Shown piece after piece: positions 52,315 to 64,000 of a stretch of 64,000 bases of DNA (the first letter of the stretch is position 1; each line of letters starts with the position of its first letter). A program made the position numbers and the translations under genes. Source of the stretch: Octopus sinensis (Eukaryota); contig NC_043007.1 of assembly GCF_006345805.1 (NCBI RefSeq), forward strand, positions 3,968,001 to 4,032,000. Direction: 5' to 3'. The notes under the pieces were generated by a model that worked only from the letters and a program-made list of their open reading frames with translations, searched no databases and was not told the origin of the DNA.

Positions 52315-52500
52315 ACAATCATACAATCAATGGTTCCCATAATTTTTACAAACATACTCAATCAATGGTTCCATCATTTTCACACACACACACACACAGT
52401 CAATGGTTCCCATAATTTTCATATGCACACACATGCACGCGCACACACATACACACACACACACACACGCTCATCCAATCAATGGTTCCGTAATTTTTAC
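52234..52500. repeat. Array of five roughly 20-bp repeats with variable CA-rich spacers
   Basis: TCAATGGTTCCCATAATTTT-like units at 52234, 52327, 52362, 52400 and 52479. Confidence 0.85.
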
Positions 52501-52542
52501 GCACTCACACACACACAATCATACATGTGCACATGAATATAG

Positions 52543-52574
<32 letters not shown>

Positions 52575-53039
52575 ACAGTTGTGTGGATATACATTTATAT
52601 ATCTGTGTATCATTTGGTCATGGGCTTTTTCATACACAGTTTGGTAGTTTTTCAAAATAAATGACTTGAATTAATTCTGTATGTTCAGGGATGACTAATT
52701 GAAATTGAAATGATTTATTATTATATTGATTAAAAATTGCTTTTGTGTGTTTTTGCATTCTCTATAGTTTGTGAAATGAATAATAACCTGTAAAGTGATG
52801 CTTTAACTGCAGTTTATATTTTGCTAAGGATGTATGTTTTGTGGGAAGGGTTGGGGCATGAAATATTCAACACATGTATATATTATTATCTTTGATATGG
52901 CTGTTTACATATTTGTAAGATTAAAAAAGGATTGTCTATGGATGAAGGCTGATAAATTTGCCATAAAACATGAATTGTGTGATATATGCATATAATACTT
53001 TTTTGCAAGTGTTTAATAGTTTTAGGTTTGCACTTATTT

Positions 53040-53740
53040 TCAGCAAGTAAGTATATTTGTCTAAGAATATAGACATACTGACAGCAAATAAGTTCTATAA
53101 TTTTCCACTGGGTTTTATCATATTTACATAATTGATGTAATTTAGCCATTTTGTTTATGCACTGAATCTTCTATGTCTTCTATATGGAATACTTGGTGTA
53201 CCACCAGGAATTTGATATAGAAAATACAGAGAGAGATCTGAGAGTAGGTCTACCATAAAACTTTTTGTGATAGTTTATCTATACAGAAATGATATGATTG
53301 TCATTTTGTGACATTTGTTAGAATCCTGGTCCAGAAATCTACAATTCTGAAAATAATAAAATAGATTTGCTGTTTTAGATTTGACCTTCTTTTCATGAGC
53401 TTATAGAGATGATATATAATTGAAAAATATATTTTACAATTATGTTTGGTTACCACTGATTTGTAAGCTGGTTCAAGCTTTGAAAATTGATTTATAAAGT
53501 ATTTTCTTGCAGAACAATTCCTTGAAAATAGGGTCAATTTTTGTGGTTTCACATAAAACTAATGGAATAAGTTTTTTATATAAGTGATCAACAACACTAT
53601 TATTTAACTCAACAAAATAGAATAAAACAATTTCCAAATGAAGTTACATTTCATTGTTTCACTAGCGAAACATGTAAACATGTAAACATGTATAAATTAT
53701 ACCAGTGCCAAGATCTTGTGTGGCTTGTTTGCTTGGGTTT
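53040..53740 (-). mobile_element. Possible Sola-like DNA transposase relic
   Basis: LTLFSRNCSARK resembles LxLFSDNCxGQNKN; WYNLY upstream; very degraded. Confidence 0.3.
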
Positions 53741-54559
53741 CTATGTGTTACAAGTTGTTTAAATGAGGATTTATGTTTTCCCTAAGTTTTTTTTTATATA
53801 TTTTATTCTTGGCAAGGCAGATATTTTTTAGTGTTACTGCTATTTCACTAGAAAACCCACGTTTGTGATATGTATATTTATTAATTTTATCTAACCCGTG
53901 CTAGCATGTAAAACTGGATGTAAAATGAATGAAAAAACAAAAAGTTTAAAAATTAAGAGCTTGATTTATCTTTATTACGAATACTTTGATTTGCAGATGT
54001 TCTTCAGTTAATATTAAAAATATTTTCTATTCTCCACATAGATTTAAATTTAGCTTTTTGTCAAATCTAGTTGGTTATTGATATAGAATAAAAAAGGTGA
54101 CAGTCTTTAAGGTTTAGATCACATAATGAAACCAAAAAAAGATACTTTTACTTTGAAACATTGATACCTGTATTTTAATATGAACCTCCTGAAGCCCATA
54201 TTATACTTCATTAGTCTTCTTATTATCTAATAAGTAGTAGGCTTTAAATATTAGTGTTCCATTTGAATTAAAACCCATCATCAAAATTCCCTCATGAAAA
54301 CAGAATTTTGTTATCCGGTAAAAATGGGAAAAAATATGATAGTGTGAATCAGTGGCCCAATAATTGCGATTGTTGCATCAACAGTAATATAGCTATCTGT
54401 GTATCATACTTAATGCAAATACACAACAATAGCAAATTAACTGAGCTATTTATCTGGAGATAATCTCTAATCATCTTACTGTGTTTAAAACCAGTGAGTA
54501 TATGCTACTGACAAAATCCTAAGAGGCAAAAATGTGCATCTAGCATTCTCAGCACTGCT

Positions 54560-54760
54560 GCTGGAGAATCATTAGCATGCCAAGCTAAACGCTTAGTGGA
54601 ATTTCATTCTTTTTTACATTCTGAGGTCAAATTCTGCCAAGGATGACTTAGCCTTTCATCCTTTCAGAGTCAATAAAATAAACACCAGTTGAGCACTGGG
54701 GGGTGGATGTAGTTGACTTAACCCTGAAATTGCTGGCCTTGTGCCATGATTTGAAACCAG
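54560..54760 (+). mobile_element. Type A tRNA SINE
   Basis: gaatcattagcatg...gcctttcatcctttcagagtcaataaaata...aaattgctggccttgtgcc. Confidence 0.8.
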
Positions 54761-57700
54761 TATCCAATGTATTTGATGAATGATGTGAGAAAATTATCTT
54801 TGTTTGACCTCAGTCAGTATAAGTTTTGGGTAGATTATCTGAAGGTATATGTTTGATGTGATATTTCACATTTTGAGAGACATCAGGTCCTATCAATTTG
54901 CATTGGTAGGATGTAAAGTGGTGTGTGGATCAAGAGTTCAAATTTATGACTTTGGCCAGAGTTTCTATTACACAAATATAACTTTCATTTACTTATAATA
55001 AAAAAAATTATTTTGAATTCATTGACAATTATTTGTTAATCTTTTATTTTGATTCATTGAAATGCTCTTCATTTTGTTTCCCTTTTATATAGAGAGAACA
55101 GTGACTAACAATTCACCCTGTGCATGTGTTGTGTGTGTGTGTATACACTTACTCACACACACACACATACACTTGCATGTGCAGGCATAGAATAAAGAGA
55201 CAACAGGAAATAGATATATAGATAAGTAGGAGAAGGCAGACAGCGTTCCCACAGAATTAGTGATTATTATTTATGGGATTGGCAAACTGGACAGTTGCCC
55301 AGGAGTACCATAAGTCTAGGGAGTCAGTGCCAATCATCTACATATGGTGAGGTTTGCCATCGATAAATATTATAAACACTAGTGCATTACTTTTACAGAG
55401 AGCTTATAATACTGTTAATATGATCTTGTATATAGGATTGGCATGGACACAATACATTTGTATTATTTCCTTTTGTAGTCAGTTAATGGACCTGAAGTAA
55501 AAATTTAAGAAATAAAAAAAAAGAACTCTCCAGTTATAATAACTTAAGCTGTGTGTTTGAAATAATGAATTTATGCTCAATTACTATGATTCTTATTCAC
55601 CATTTGGGATGAGAAAGACTAGCAAAAAGAGAAGAGCTAGGGAAAAACAAAAATTGCTATCTAATCAATGCATTATTTGTTGTGTGTGTCTGATTGAGGG
55701 AAAGATACCCAGTTAAGTCTTACGGCAAGCAGAGCTTTAGTATTATAATTATGTTTAAACTTATACCCAATAATTGCTGCTTTTGTTTATGTAACTAAAT
55801 ATTTTGAGAAGTATGTGTTCCTTAAAGAGCAAGCAAAAATGGCTAAGTCAGGTTCTTCAAATTCAGTCAATTAGCAGTACTGTTAAAGTATGTGAACCTT
55901 TACAACAGTTCTGCATTTGACATAATCAATTTATTGTCTGAATGCAAAAAAAAAAGAAAAAAAGAAAAAAAGAAAAAAAAAGAAAAGAAAAAAATGAAAT
56001 CCTGCATTGCAGTTGAAGACCAATTCTCATTCTATAAAATTATCTTAGAAGAAATAAAGTTGACAGAACTGTAGAAGCAAATATAAACACACAAGTGTTT
56101 AGCTATATAAAGCTGTTGCTTTGGTTTCTAATGGTGCACTTAAATATGAAATGAATTTAGGGATTTTCTTTTACAAACTATTCTCTATAATAAACAGCAT
56201 AAAAAAGTGAAAATAAATATAATTGAAGACATAAAAATTGAACTGAATTTATTTATCCTTCAAAAGTATTCCATAATAAAAAAAAAGATAAAAAAAGTGA
56301 ATGAAAATGAAATCCCATTTCATCACAATACATATGTCTTTGAAATTCTATATTGGTTATTTATTACTCAGTGATATATTTTTCTGACAAAGTACACATC
56401 TTTCTCCTTCAAAAAATATTTATTATTATCATTATTATTTCTTCTTAGTTCTTCCCTATTTTATTTCAATTCATCATTTTAGTTTTTCATAACTTTGTAA
56501 GTGCAGTGCATCACACATTCCAATAGATAACATCTTTGTAAGACTTGTAGTGATGGGCAGATAGAAGAGCAAGGGACCCCAAAATGAAAGATAAAGCCAA
56601 CGTGTGTGACTGTGAGCATGTGTGTGTGTGTGTGTGTACGTGCACGTACACATGCCTGTGCATGCACACACTAACACACACAGAAGCAGTATGAAATATA
56701 CGAACATATCGATGATAAATTGAAATTCTTTGCATAGAACCTACAAAAGAACATCAAAGTGAAAGAAACATGCATACAAACACACAGAGGGGAGAACATG
56801 TTTGAATGAAGTGACACGTTCTCTCCCCGCTCCCCCCTCTCTTTCTCTCTCTCTCTCTCTCTCTTGCTAATATATGTACGCAAATTGAAAATTTTTGCAC
56901 TAAATCTGCTTAATACAGCATTACCATATTGACAAGTTTTTTAACTGTGCATTGATGGTAGTAGCAGAGAGGCAACATGAAGCAGAAACAAAATGGGCAG
57001 CTGTCAGCCAGAAATAATGCTGGCATTAAACATTTGTAATCTGCTACATTAACTACATGTTGTGAAAACATTTTTGATTTTCTGTGATTTCTTTTAAAAA
57101 TGCAATAAGATGCATGTGGTTCCCATTTTGAAGACAGTAGGGAGATATTTTAAGGAGATTTTTCTTCTATAAGAGCAGGTTGAGTGACTGTGTAGAAACT
57201 CAGATGATAGCTTGGGATGCTAACAGAAACAATGCACTCATTCACAGCAAAATAATGGCAAAAATCAATAGATACACTGTGTTTGAACTCTCTGCTTGTT
57301 TGCTGTCTATCTCCAGTGAACCTTATGAAGTCAAACCCACAAACATTAACCAAGACCACCTTTCTTATATTTGATCTGGTCATGCCTACAACCAAAGAAA
57401 AATGTAAAGAGATTGGATATGAAGATGGTGATTACATGCCCTGATTTTGTAACTCAACTCAACACGATAAACCACTTCATAGTAGAATATATGTTCTTTT
57501 CACTGATAAGATTGAATTAGGATATAACTGAATGTAAGCACTATTATAATTCTGATACGTTTTAATTGAGCTTGTTTAGTCCCTGTATCTACTCAACGAC
57601 CAGAGTGAAAGTAACACAAATAATAATGTTTTTGGTTTCAAACTGTCATATTTAAAGCTACTTAGGACTCAATGGATTGCTGAGTATTTTGTGCTTTGCT

Positions 57701-58618
57701 CATGAATATAACACAGTGTGAGCTATAAGTTGAAAATTGCCAGACTTCTTGCTTGTATTCTCTGCATTAAGTTTGCTGGTATATATTGCTTTAATATTTG
57801 TTTTCTAAAAGGTAAAAAAAAGAAAAAAGAAAGTGAACAAAGCTCAGAATAACATTCTAATCATATTGACATGGAAAAAACATATTCAGTCAGTATTTTT
57901 GTTCATTTCACAACAAATGTGTTTAACAAAGCTAATTGTTTGACATTTTGTTCTCACAAATTCTTCTTAATGAATGATCAACCATTTGGTAGGAGAAAAA
58001 TTAAACTGTTAATGTTTATGTGTGTATGCGTTTCAAAAGTGTTAGTTAAATGGCTACAACTGGCAATAAAGAGAAGGAACACAGTGTTGACTTAATAGGA
58101 CTTTATCTATAACTGTATGGCATTTAAAACTGCATGGGCAAGGCACACATAAATGCATGCATGCATCCACGCACGGACACACATGTGCGCCCACATGCAC
58201 ACACAGATTCATCTACACAGACAATATTTTCTACCGTTGACCTCTTGAATTCTCCCTGGACCAGGCTTTAATCTCCAGTGTTCATGGCATTAAAGGGATT
58301 AGAGAAGATTCGCTCCTTTGATAGAGTACCAGTCAAATAAAAGCTAACTGTTCCTGGAAACAAGATTGATTATTGAAAGTTAACACACTATTTTCTGTGG
58401 TGAATTATTCCACACAAAAGTACCAACATGCTGCTTGATACTCGGCCATTAAGAGTTAAATGCCTTGTCCATGGACTGCTTATAGTACTGATTGATCTCA
58501 CAAATGATTGTCTGGCACTCTGCTGATTTAGCTATCAATTCCTCCACCTCTCTCTTTCTCTCTCTCTCTCTTTCTCTCTCTATCTGTGTCTCTTTTTTGT
58601 TCTGATTGTCAGTCTCCA

Positions 58619-58890
58619 CTTCTTCTTCTTCTTCTTCTTCTCCTTCTTCTTCTTCTCCTTCTCCTTCTTCTTCTTCTTCTTCTCCTTCTTTTTCTTCTTC
58701 TTCTTCTTCTTCTTCTTCTTCTTCTTTTTCTTCTTCTTCTTCTTCTTCTTCTTCTCCTTCTCCTTCTTCTTCTTCTTCTTCTCTCTTCTTCTTCTTCTTT
58801 CTTCTTCTTCTTCTTCTTCTTCTTCTCCTTCTTTTTCTTCTTCTTCTTCTTCTTCTTCTTCTTCTCCTCCTCCTCCCTCTCTCTCTCTCA
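58619..58890. repeat. Long (TTC)n/(GAA)n polypyrimidine tract
   Basis: About 260 bp of almost pure T/C; the overlapping poly-E/K/S/L ORFs are artefacts. Confidence 0.95.
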
Positions 58891-59097
58891 CACATACACA
58901 TTCTTCGTCATGGTGCTACTATAGTTGCAAACTTAAGCCTCCTCATGATAACTAATCATTCTTCACACTTGTCTTTCATTTTTTGATTCTTACCGTCTTT
59001 CTTTTCATGGGAAACATAACCTGAAAGAGGAAATCTGAGAAATAAAAAATAATAAACAAAAAAAAAGATGCAACAATCAAAAACCACTATGCACGCA

Positions 59098-59172
59098 TAC
59101 ACACTCACGTACACACTGACGTACACACTCACATACACACTCACATACACACTGACGTACACACTCACATAC
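59098..59172. repeat. 12-bp tandem repeat
   Basis: acacact(c/g)ac(g/a)t units. Confidence 0.9.
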
Positions 59173-59288
59173 ATAAACAGAATTATGGTATGAATAAATA
59201 TAATCATTAAAATATAAAAAAAAGACAATCATAAAGAAAATGTAGCAACGTAAACATTAGCTGATTCACTAGTGCACATATTTGTATG

Positions 59289-59333
<45 letters not shown>

Positions 59334-59364
59334 TTGTGTGTGTGTATAAATGTATTTATGTACA

Positions 59365-59596
59365 TATGTATGTGTTTAAATGTATATATGTATGTACATA
59401 TGTATGTGTTTAAATGTATATATGTATGTACATATGTATGTGTGTTTAAATGTATATATGTATATACATATGTATGTGTGTATAAATGTATATATGTATG
59501 TACATATGTATGTGTGTTTAAATGTATATATGTATGTACATATGTATGTGTGTATAAACGTATATATGTATGTACATATGTATGTGTGTATAAATG

Positions 59597-59610
<14 letters not shown>
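59365..59610. repeat. 36-bp minisatellite
   Basis: aatgtatatatgtatgtacatatgtatgtgtgt(t/a)ta units; 12-aa periodicity in the ORF track. Confidence 0.9.
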
Positions 59611-59630
<20 letters not shown>

Positions 59631-59920
59631 TGTACCTATGTATATATGTATGTATGTATGTATGTATAAATGTATATGTGTATGTACATATGTATGTGTG
59701 TGTATATATGTATGTATGTATGAATGTACGTATGTACATATGTATGTATGTATATGCATATATTGAAATATTGAATCACAGCCATTTTACAGAATAGGCT
59801 AAAGTATCAACAAAAGAGATCATAAGCAAGCTGAAGCTGTCATTAGTAAGTGCTTACAAATATTAAAAATAGATGCTGCACACACTTGCACCAGACACAC
59901 AGACATGTGTCCAAAGATAC

Positions 59921-59960
<40 letters not shown>

Positions 59961-60340
59961 ATATATATATATACACATAATATATATATACACACACATA
60001 ATATATACATATATACATAATAAATAAATATGTATATATATGTAAAAGATTTGTATACAGGCTGTGTATGTGCATGTATGTGAAATATTAAACATTAATA
60101 TATTGCACACAAACATCTATGTAGATGCTTGTATGTTTATATGAAATGAATTGGTATCCATATCCTCTTACACTGTTTCCCTTTTCTTTGTACCTTTAGT
60201 GTTTCGATTATATAAAAATTGTATAAATATAAATATAAAATATAAATATGTATTTGTACTCACACATACAAAAATACAAACATAAGTACTTTAAAAAATC
60301 TGTGATAAAATATATGTAGTCTCATGCACACACACATATG

Positions 60341-60392
<52 letters not shown>

Positions 60393-61484
60393 GAGAGAGA
60401 GAGAGCAGTACACAAGAAATGAACAGATGAAAAGAACAGCAAATATCATTGAACAACTAAGTTATTAGTTTTGAAGAACAAATAATCTAGTGCTAGAATT
60501 TCTATGAAGGTTTAAAAGAGATAATATTGGAAATTTGACAGGGAAAATATAAATCAGTCTGGAAAAGTGACAAGATATTTTATTGATGTATTTAAAATAT
60601 ATTGCAATTTAGTTCACTGAGACTCTGTCTGATATGGAAGCTAAGTCACTGCACTGGGATCAATAGAAAAAGAAATTGGAGAAAATGGTTGGAGGAGGTA
60701 TTGATGATGATGATGATGATAGTATTGGCGTCAGTGGCCACCATTGTCATTGTCGTTGTCATCATCATTATCGTCGTTGGACTGTTTTCTTTTTTCTGTT
60801 GACATGTTGGATGGGTCTGCAATACGATATGTTCTCCATATCTCACTCCAAGATTTCCAATCCTGCTGTAACATCTTCATGATGTTTGCTACTACAATTG
60901 CAACAGTTGGGTACATTTTTGGCAACTTCTTCATTTAGCAAGAATTTTGGCAATTTTTTTCTTTTGTTATGATTAAATGTAATTACTCTAACCAACAACA
61001 CTCATAATACAAACACCATATATATATTGTCATGTCTGGGGAGAGTCACTCTCTTTTAGTGCCTTATAATTTAACACACTCACTGGTAAAATTTCCACTC
61101 ATTTATTTTTCTAGAATTTTAATTGCGTTTTGCAACCTTTTCAATAGTTTTGACTAGTCCGTTATTCACACTGTGTTCTTTTTGTTTATAGGAATATTGA
61201 TAGGAATTATTATATTATTGTTGCTGAATTTTTGATTAGAGTGGAAGCTACGTTTATGGTATATATTAATTTTTAGATTTATAAGATTAAAATATTTAAG
61301 TGTTGATTGTAGTGGGGTGAGGGAGTTTTATTTTTTTTTAGATAAAGTGTCGATTATTTTGGTTTTATTAAGATTTTGAATGAGTAGTTTGATGTTGTTA
61401 TCTAGATATAAATCAGTAAAAAGAGTAAATAATAAAGTAAGTATGCTACTGTTGTTGTTGTTGTTATTATCATCAATTATTATT

Positions 61485-61790
61485 CAGGTCACTACCTGGA
61501 ATCAAAATCGGAATCTTGGGGTTAGTAGCCTGCACTCTTAACCACTACACCACAGGCATATGGCATATTGGTTAAGAGTGCAGGCAATTAACCCAAGATT
61601 CCGAGTTCGATTCCAGGCAGTGACTTGAATAATAATAATAATAATAACTTCGAAAAATACCTTAGGAAGGAGAACTCAGGTTTGAAATTTCCCCAAGACA
61701 CCAGATGAAGGCTGGAGGGTATATCAGCCGAAACATTGTGTTAACAACAAGCAAGATGAGGACAAATATCTATCAAATGTAAATAATGTT
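61485..61790 (+). mobile_element. tRNA-head/hammerhead-tail element with an inverted duplicate head
   Basis: Two tRNA-like heads back to back around 61553; plus-strand A-box tggcatattgg and B-box gagttcgattcc, then (AAT)n and the same tail as 22795-22931, with CAGAUGA-A-GGCUG...CAGCC-GAAAC-AUU. Confidence 0.8.
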
Positions 61791-61811
61791 AAATCAAAGG
61801 ATAGTAAGTAA

Positions 61812-61897
61812 AGACCCTGAAGAAACTACACTGATATTATAGTAGTGCTGCAATTGTAACAGTTCCTAATCACTACAGTGGAAACATGCGTAGGTCT
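61812..61897 (+). ncRNA. Long-stem-II hammerhead motif, second copy
   Basis: AGACC-CUGAAGA-A-ACUACACUGAU(33 nt)AUCACUACAGU-G-GAAAC-AUGC-GUA^GGUCU; 5-bp stem I; 8 of 11 stem II pairs. Confidence 0.7.
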
Positions 61898-61914
61898 ATG
61901 TAAGGCTGTATATA

Positions 61915-61960
<46 letters not shown>

Positions 61961-62555
61961 AATTAAAACTAATGCTATGCAACTTCATAATGATCCTTAT
62001 TATTATTGTTGATATATATAGAGAGCCTATGACTGTATACAAATAGTATAACTGGTATGCCGCAATGATACATACTACTAAATATGAATTAGATGTAGTG
62101 CTTGTGTTGTAACTATCGACCAGACAGACTCAGTGTATGTGTTCTGTTTGTTTGCTGGTAGGCTGTGGTTTGGCACAGTGCAAACAAACAAATGATTGAG
62201 TTTTGGGTGGATTGTCTACCATGCTGTCAATTTGGTCACCTGTTTGGTTATCATTATGGTCATAAGTGGAAATAATTACATGCAATTAACGTATGAAACC
62301 AGCCACCCAAGTCAAATTAGCTATACAATGCTCATTATGGAATTTATATAAGAACATACTTTCCATCGGTAAACATTTACAGTGCATAGCTGTTCATTAC
62401 ATTGTTGATTATTCTAAGACTATTGTTCAGATGCACAAAGTTGAATACTATATTCTGGATTAGAAGCTCAAAAAATGGTTTCAGTTTCTTTTCTGAAGTT
62501 GAAATTTTATAAGATTTTTTAATGGATGCTAGTAATGCATTCCATATTTTAGAAC

Positions 62556-62900
62556 CTGCCAGCCTCGCCTGGCCCCCGTGTCGGTGGCACATAAAAAGCA
62601 CCATCCATTCGTGGCCATTGCCAGCCTTGCCTGGCCCCCGTGCCGGTGGCACATAAAAAGCCCCATCCGATCATGGCCGTTTGCCAGACTCGTCTGGCAC
62701 CTGTACTGGTGGAACGTAAAAAGCACCCACTACACTCATGGAGTGGTTGGCGTTAGGAAGGACATCCAGCCGTAGAAACATTGCCAGATCAAACTGGGCC
62801 TGGTGCAGCCTTCTGGCTTCCCAGACCCCAGTTGAACCGTCCAACCCATGCTAGCATGGAAAGCGGACGCTAAATGATGAAGATGATAATGATGATGATA
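62556..62900 (+). mobile_element. RTE 3' UTR with three modules and (GAT)n tail
   Basis: gccagcct(c/t)gcctggcccccgtg(t/c)cggtggcacataaaaag repeats, then the terminal motif. Confidence 0.85.
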
Positions 62901-63504
62901 ATGTGCAAAGCTTCTTTTTCTCATATGAGAACTGGTACAAGGTCAAGATGATTGCAAGAGGTTGTCTAAACAAGCAGTCAAAAATGCTCATACTTAGGTA
63001 CATGAGAACCAGATTTTTTACGAGTATGTATGTTTCTATCAATAATCAATGTAAGCTGTTCATTTTGGAGGACGTAAACCTTTTGTCTTGGCAATAACAC
63101 TGGATGTTCTCAATCTTCTTGATCTTCTATTTGGATCTCTTTTTCCCATTCTTTTTTGTCATCTTGTATTTATGAATTAGGAAAACAAAATTTTTCAGTC
63201 TCTGAAATAGCTCAAAATGGCTACAGCAGACAAATGTTTTTATTACTTTTGTTATTAATTTGTCGAGACGTTGGAATTTATAATGGCAAAGATTTTCAAT
63301 ATATCTCTCCTTTTCCAAACAAACACAGTTACCTTAGAGATAAATTACAACATCTTTTCCCTCTGTTAATGCAGATGTATTGCATTATTTATTCTCTGTA
63401 TAACTAATAAATTTTATTCCAAGTAGAGATATTTACAATTTCTGTTTCCATTTCATTTTTTTTAATAAATCATTCCTCTTATTTTTGTTCTTGTATTCTT
63501 ATTA

Positions 63505-63672
63505 AGTGGCAATAATGAAGACGGCTCAGTACATAAGGCAAAATGCTGAGTGGCAGTTTGCTTGTCTTTACGTTCTGAGATCAAATGCTGTCAAGATCAG
63601 CATTGCTTTTCATTCATTTGGGGGCCGATTAAACATGCACCAGTTGAGCACTGTGGTTGATGTAATTGACTA
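63505..63672 (+). mobile_element. Diverged type A SINE
   Basis: gtctttacgttctgagatcaaat...ttttcattcatttgggggccgattaaa...ccagttgagcactg. Confidence 0.65.
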
Positions 63673-63757
63673 TATATTGGTAGTGGTTGGACAGAGAAAA
63701 GTGTGGTTCATATATGTATGTATGTATGCATGCATGTATAAATATATATATATATAT

Positions 63758-64000
63758 TGCCAGCCTCGCCTGGCCCTCGTGCCGGTGGCACATAAAAAGT
63801 ACCATCTGTTCGTGGCCGTTTGCCAGCTCTGTCTGGCACCAGTGCGGGTGGCACGTAAAAAGCACCCACTACACTCACGGAGTGGTTGGCGTTAGGAAGG
63901 GCATCCAGCCGTAGAAACACTGCCAGATTTGACTGGGCCTGGTGAAGCCTTCTGGCTTCACAGACCCCAGTAGAACCGTCCAACCCATGCTAGCATGGAA
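63758..64000 (+). mobile_element. RTE 3' UTR after (AT)n, runs off the window end
   Basis: Two modules plus gagtggttggcgttaggaagggcatccagccgtagaaac...ccaacccatgctagcatggaa. Confidence 0.85.

Noticed and set aside
52234-52500. CRISPR array
   Set aside because: Eukaryotic context, low-complexity spacers of unequal length, no cas genes.
57150-57450. Non-repetitive ORFs on both strands
   Set aside because: Short, with no recognisable motifs or consistent splice signals.
58236-58354. Minus-strand exon after a good acceptor (cttgtttccag)
   Set aside because: All three frames hit stops within about 30 codons; no recognisable homology.
58449-58986. Poly-Glu/Lys/Ser/Leu ORFs
   Set aside because: Translations of the (TTC)n tract.
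59286-59797. Overlapping 120-130-aa ORFs
   Set aside because: Stop-free minisatellite artefacts.
61030-61440. Further PLE or LINE relics (also about 19400-20050, 48950-49430 and 62900-63340)
   Set aside because: Resemblance is too faint to assign without a translated search.
61554-61626. Functional tRNA gene
   Set aside because: Degenerate stems and fusion to a repeat tail; it is a SINE-like head.

Overview
AT-rich eukaryotic DNA with many (AT)n/(CA)n/(GA)n/(GAT)n microsatellites. The SINE and RTE-LINE repertoire and a C2H2 finger relic suggest an octopod cephalopod (inference). I found no convincing intact host gene, so the window is probably intronic or intergenic. Almost all interpretable sequence is transposon debris: two abundant tRNA-headed SINE types, many RTE 3' ends with (GAT)n tails, several Penelope-like element (PLE) relics, a MULE with TIRs, a 9-bp TSD and nested insertions, and Tc1/mariner, hAT, Helitron, R4/Dong-like, CR1-like and piggyBac-type MITE remnants. 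The most interesting signal is RNA structure: at least four distinct type I hammerhead-ribozyme (HHR)-like motif families. These include (i) a short tRNA-headed element with an HHR-like tail that occurs as head-to-head palindromes, one bounded by an 11-bp direct repeat; (ii) a two-copy family with a long stem II (28.6 kb and 61.8 kb); and (iii) an apparently intact minimal HHR at 15011-15052. All family assignments come from reading motifs by eye, with no database searches.
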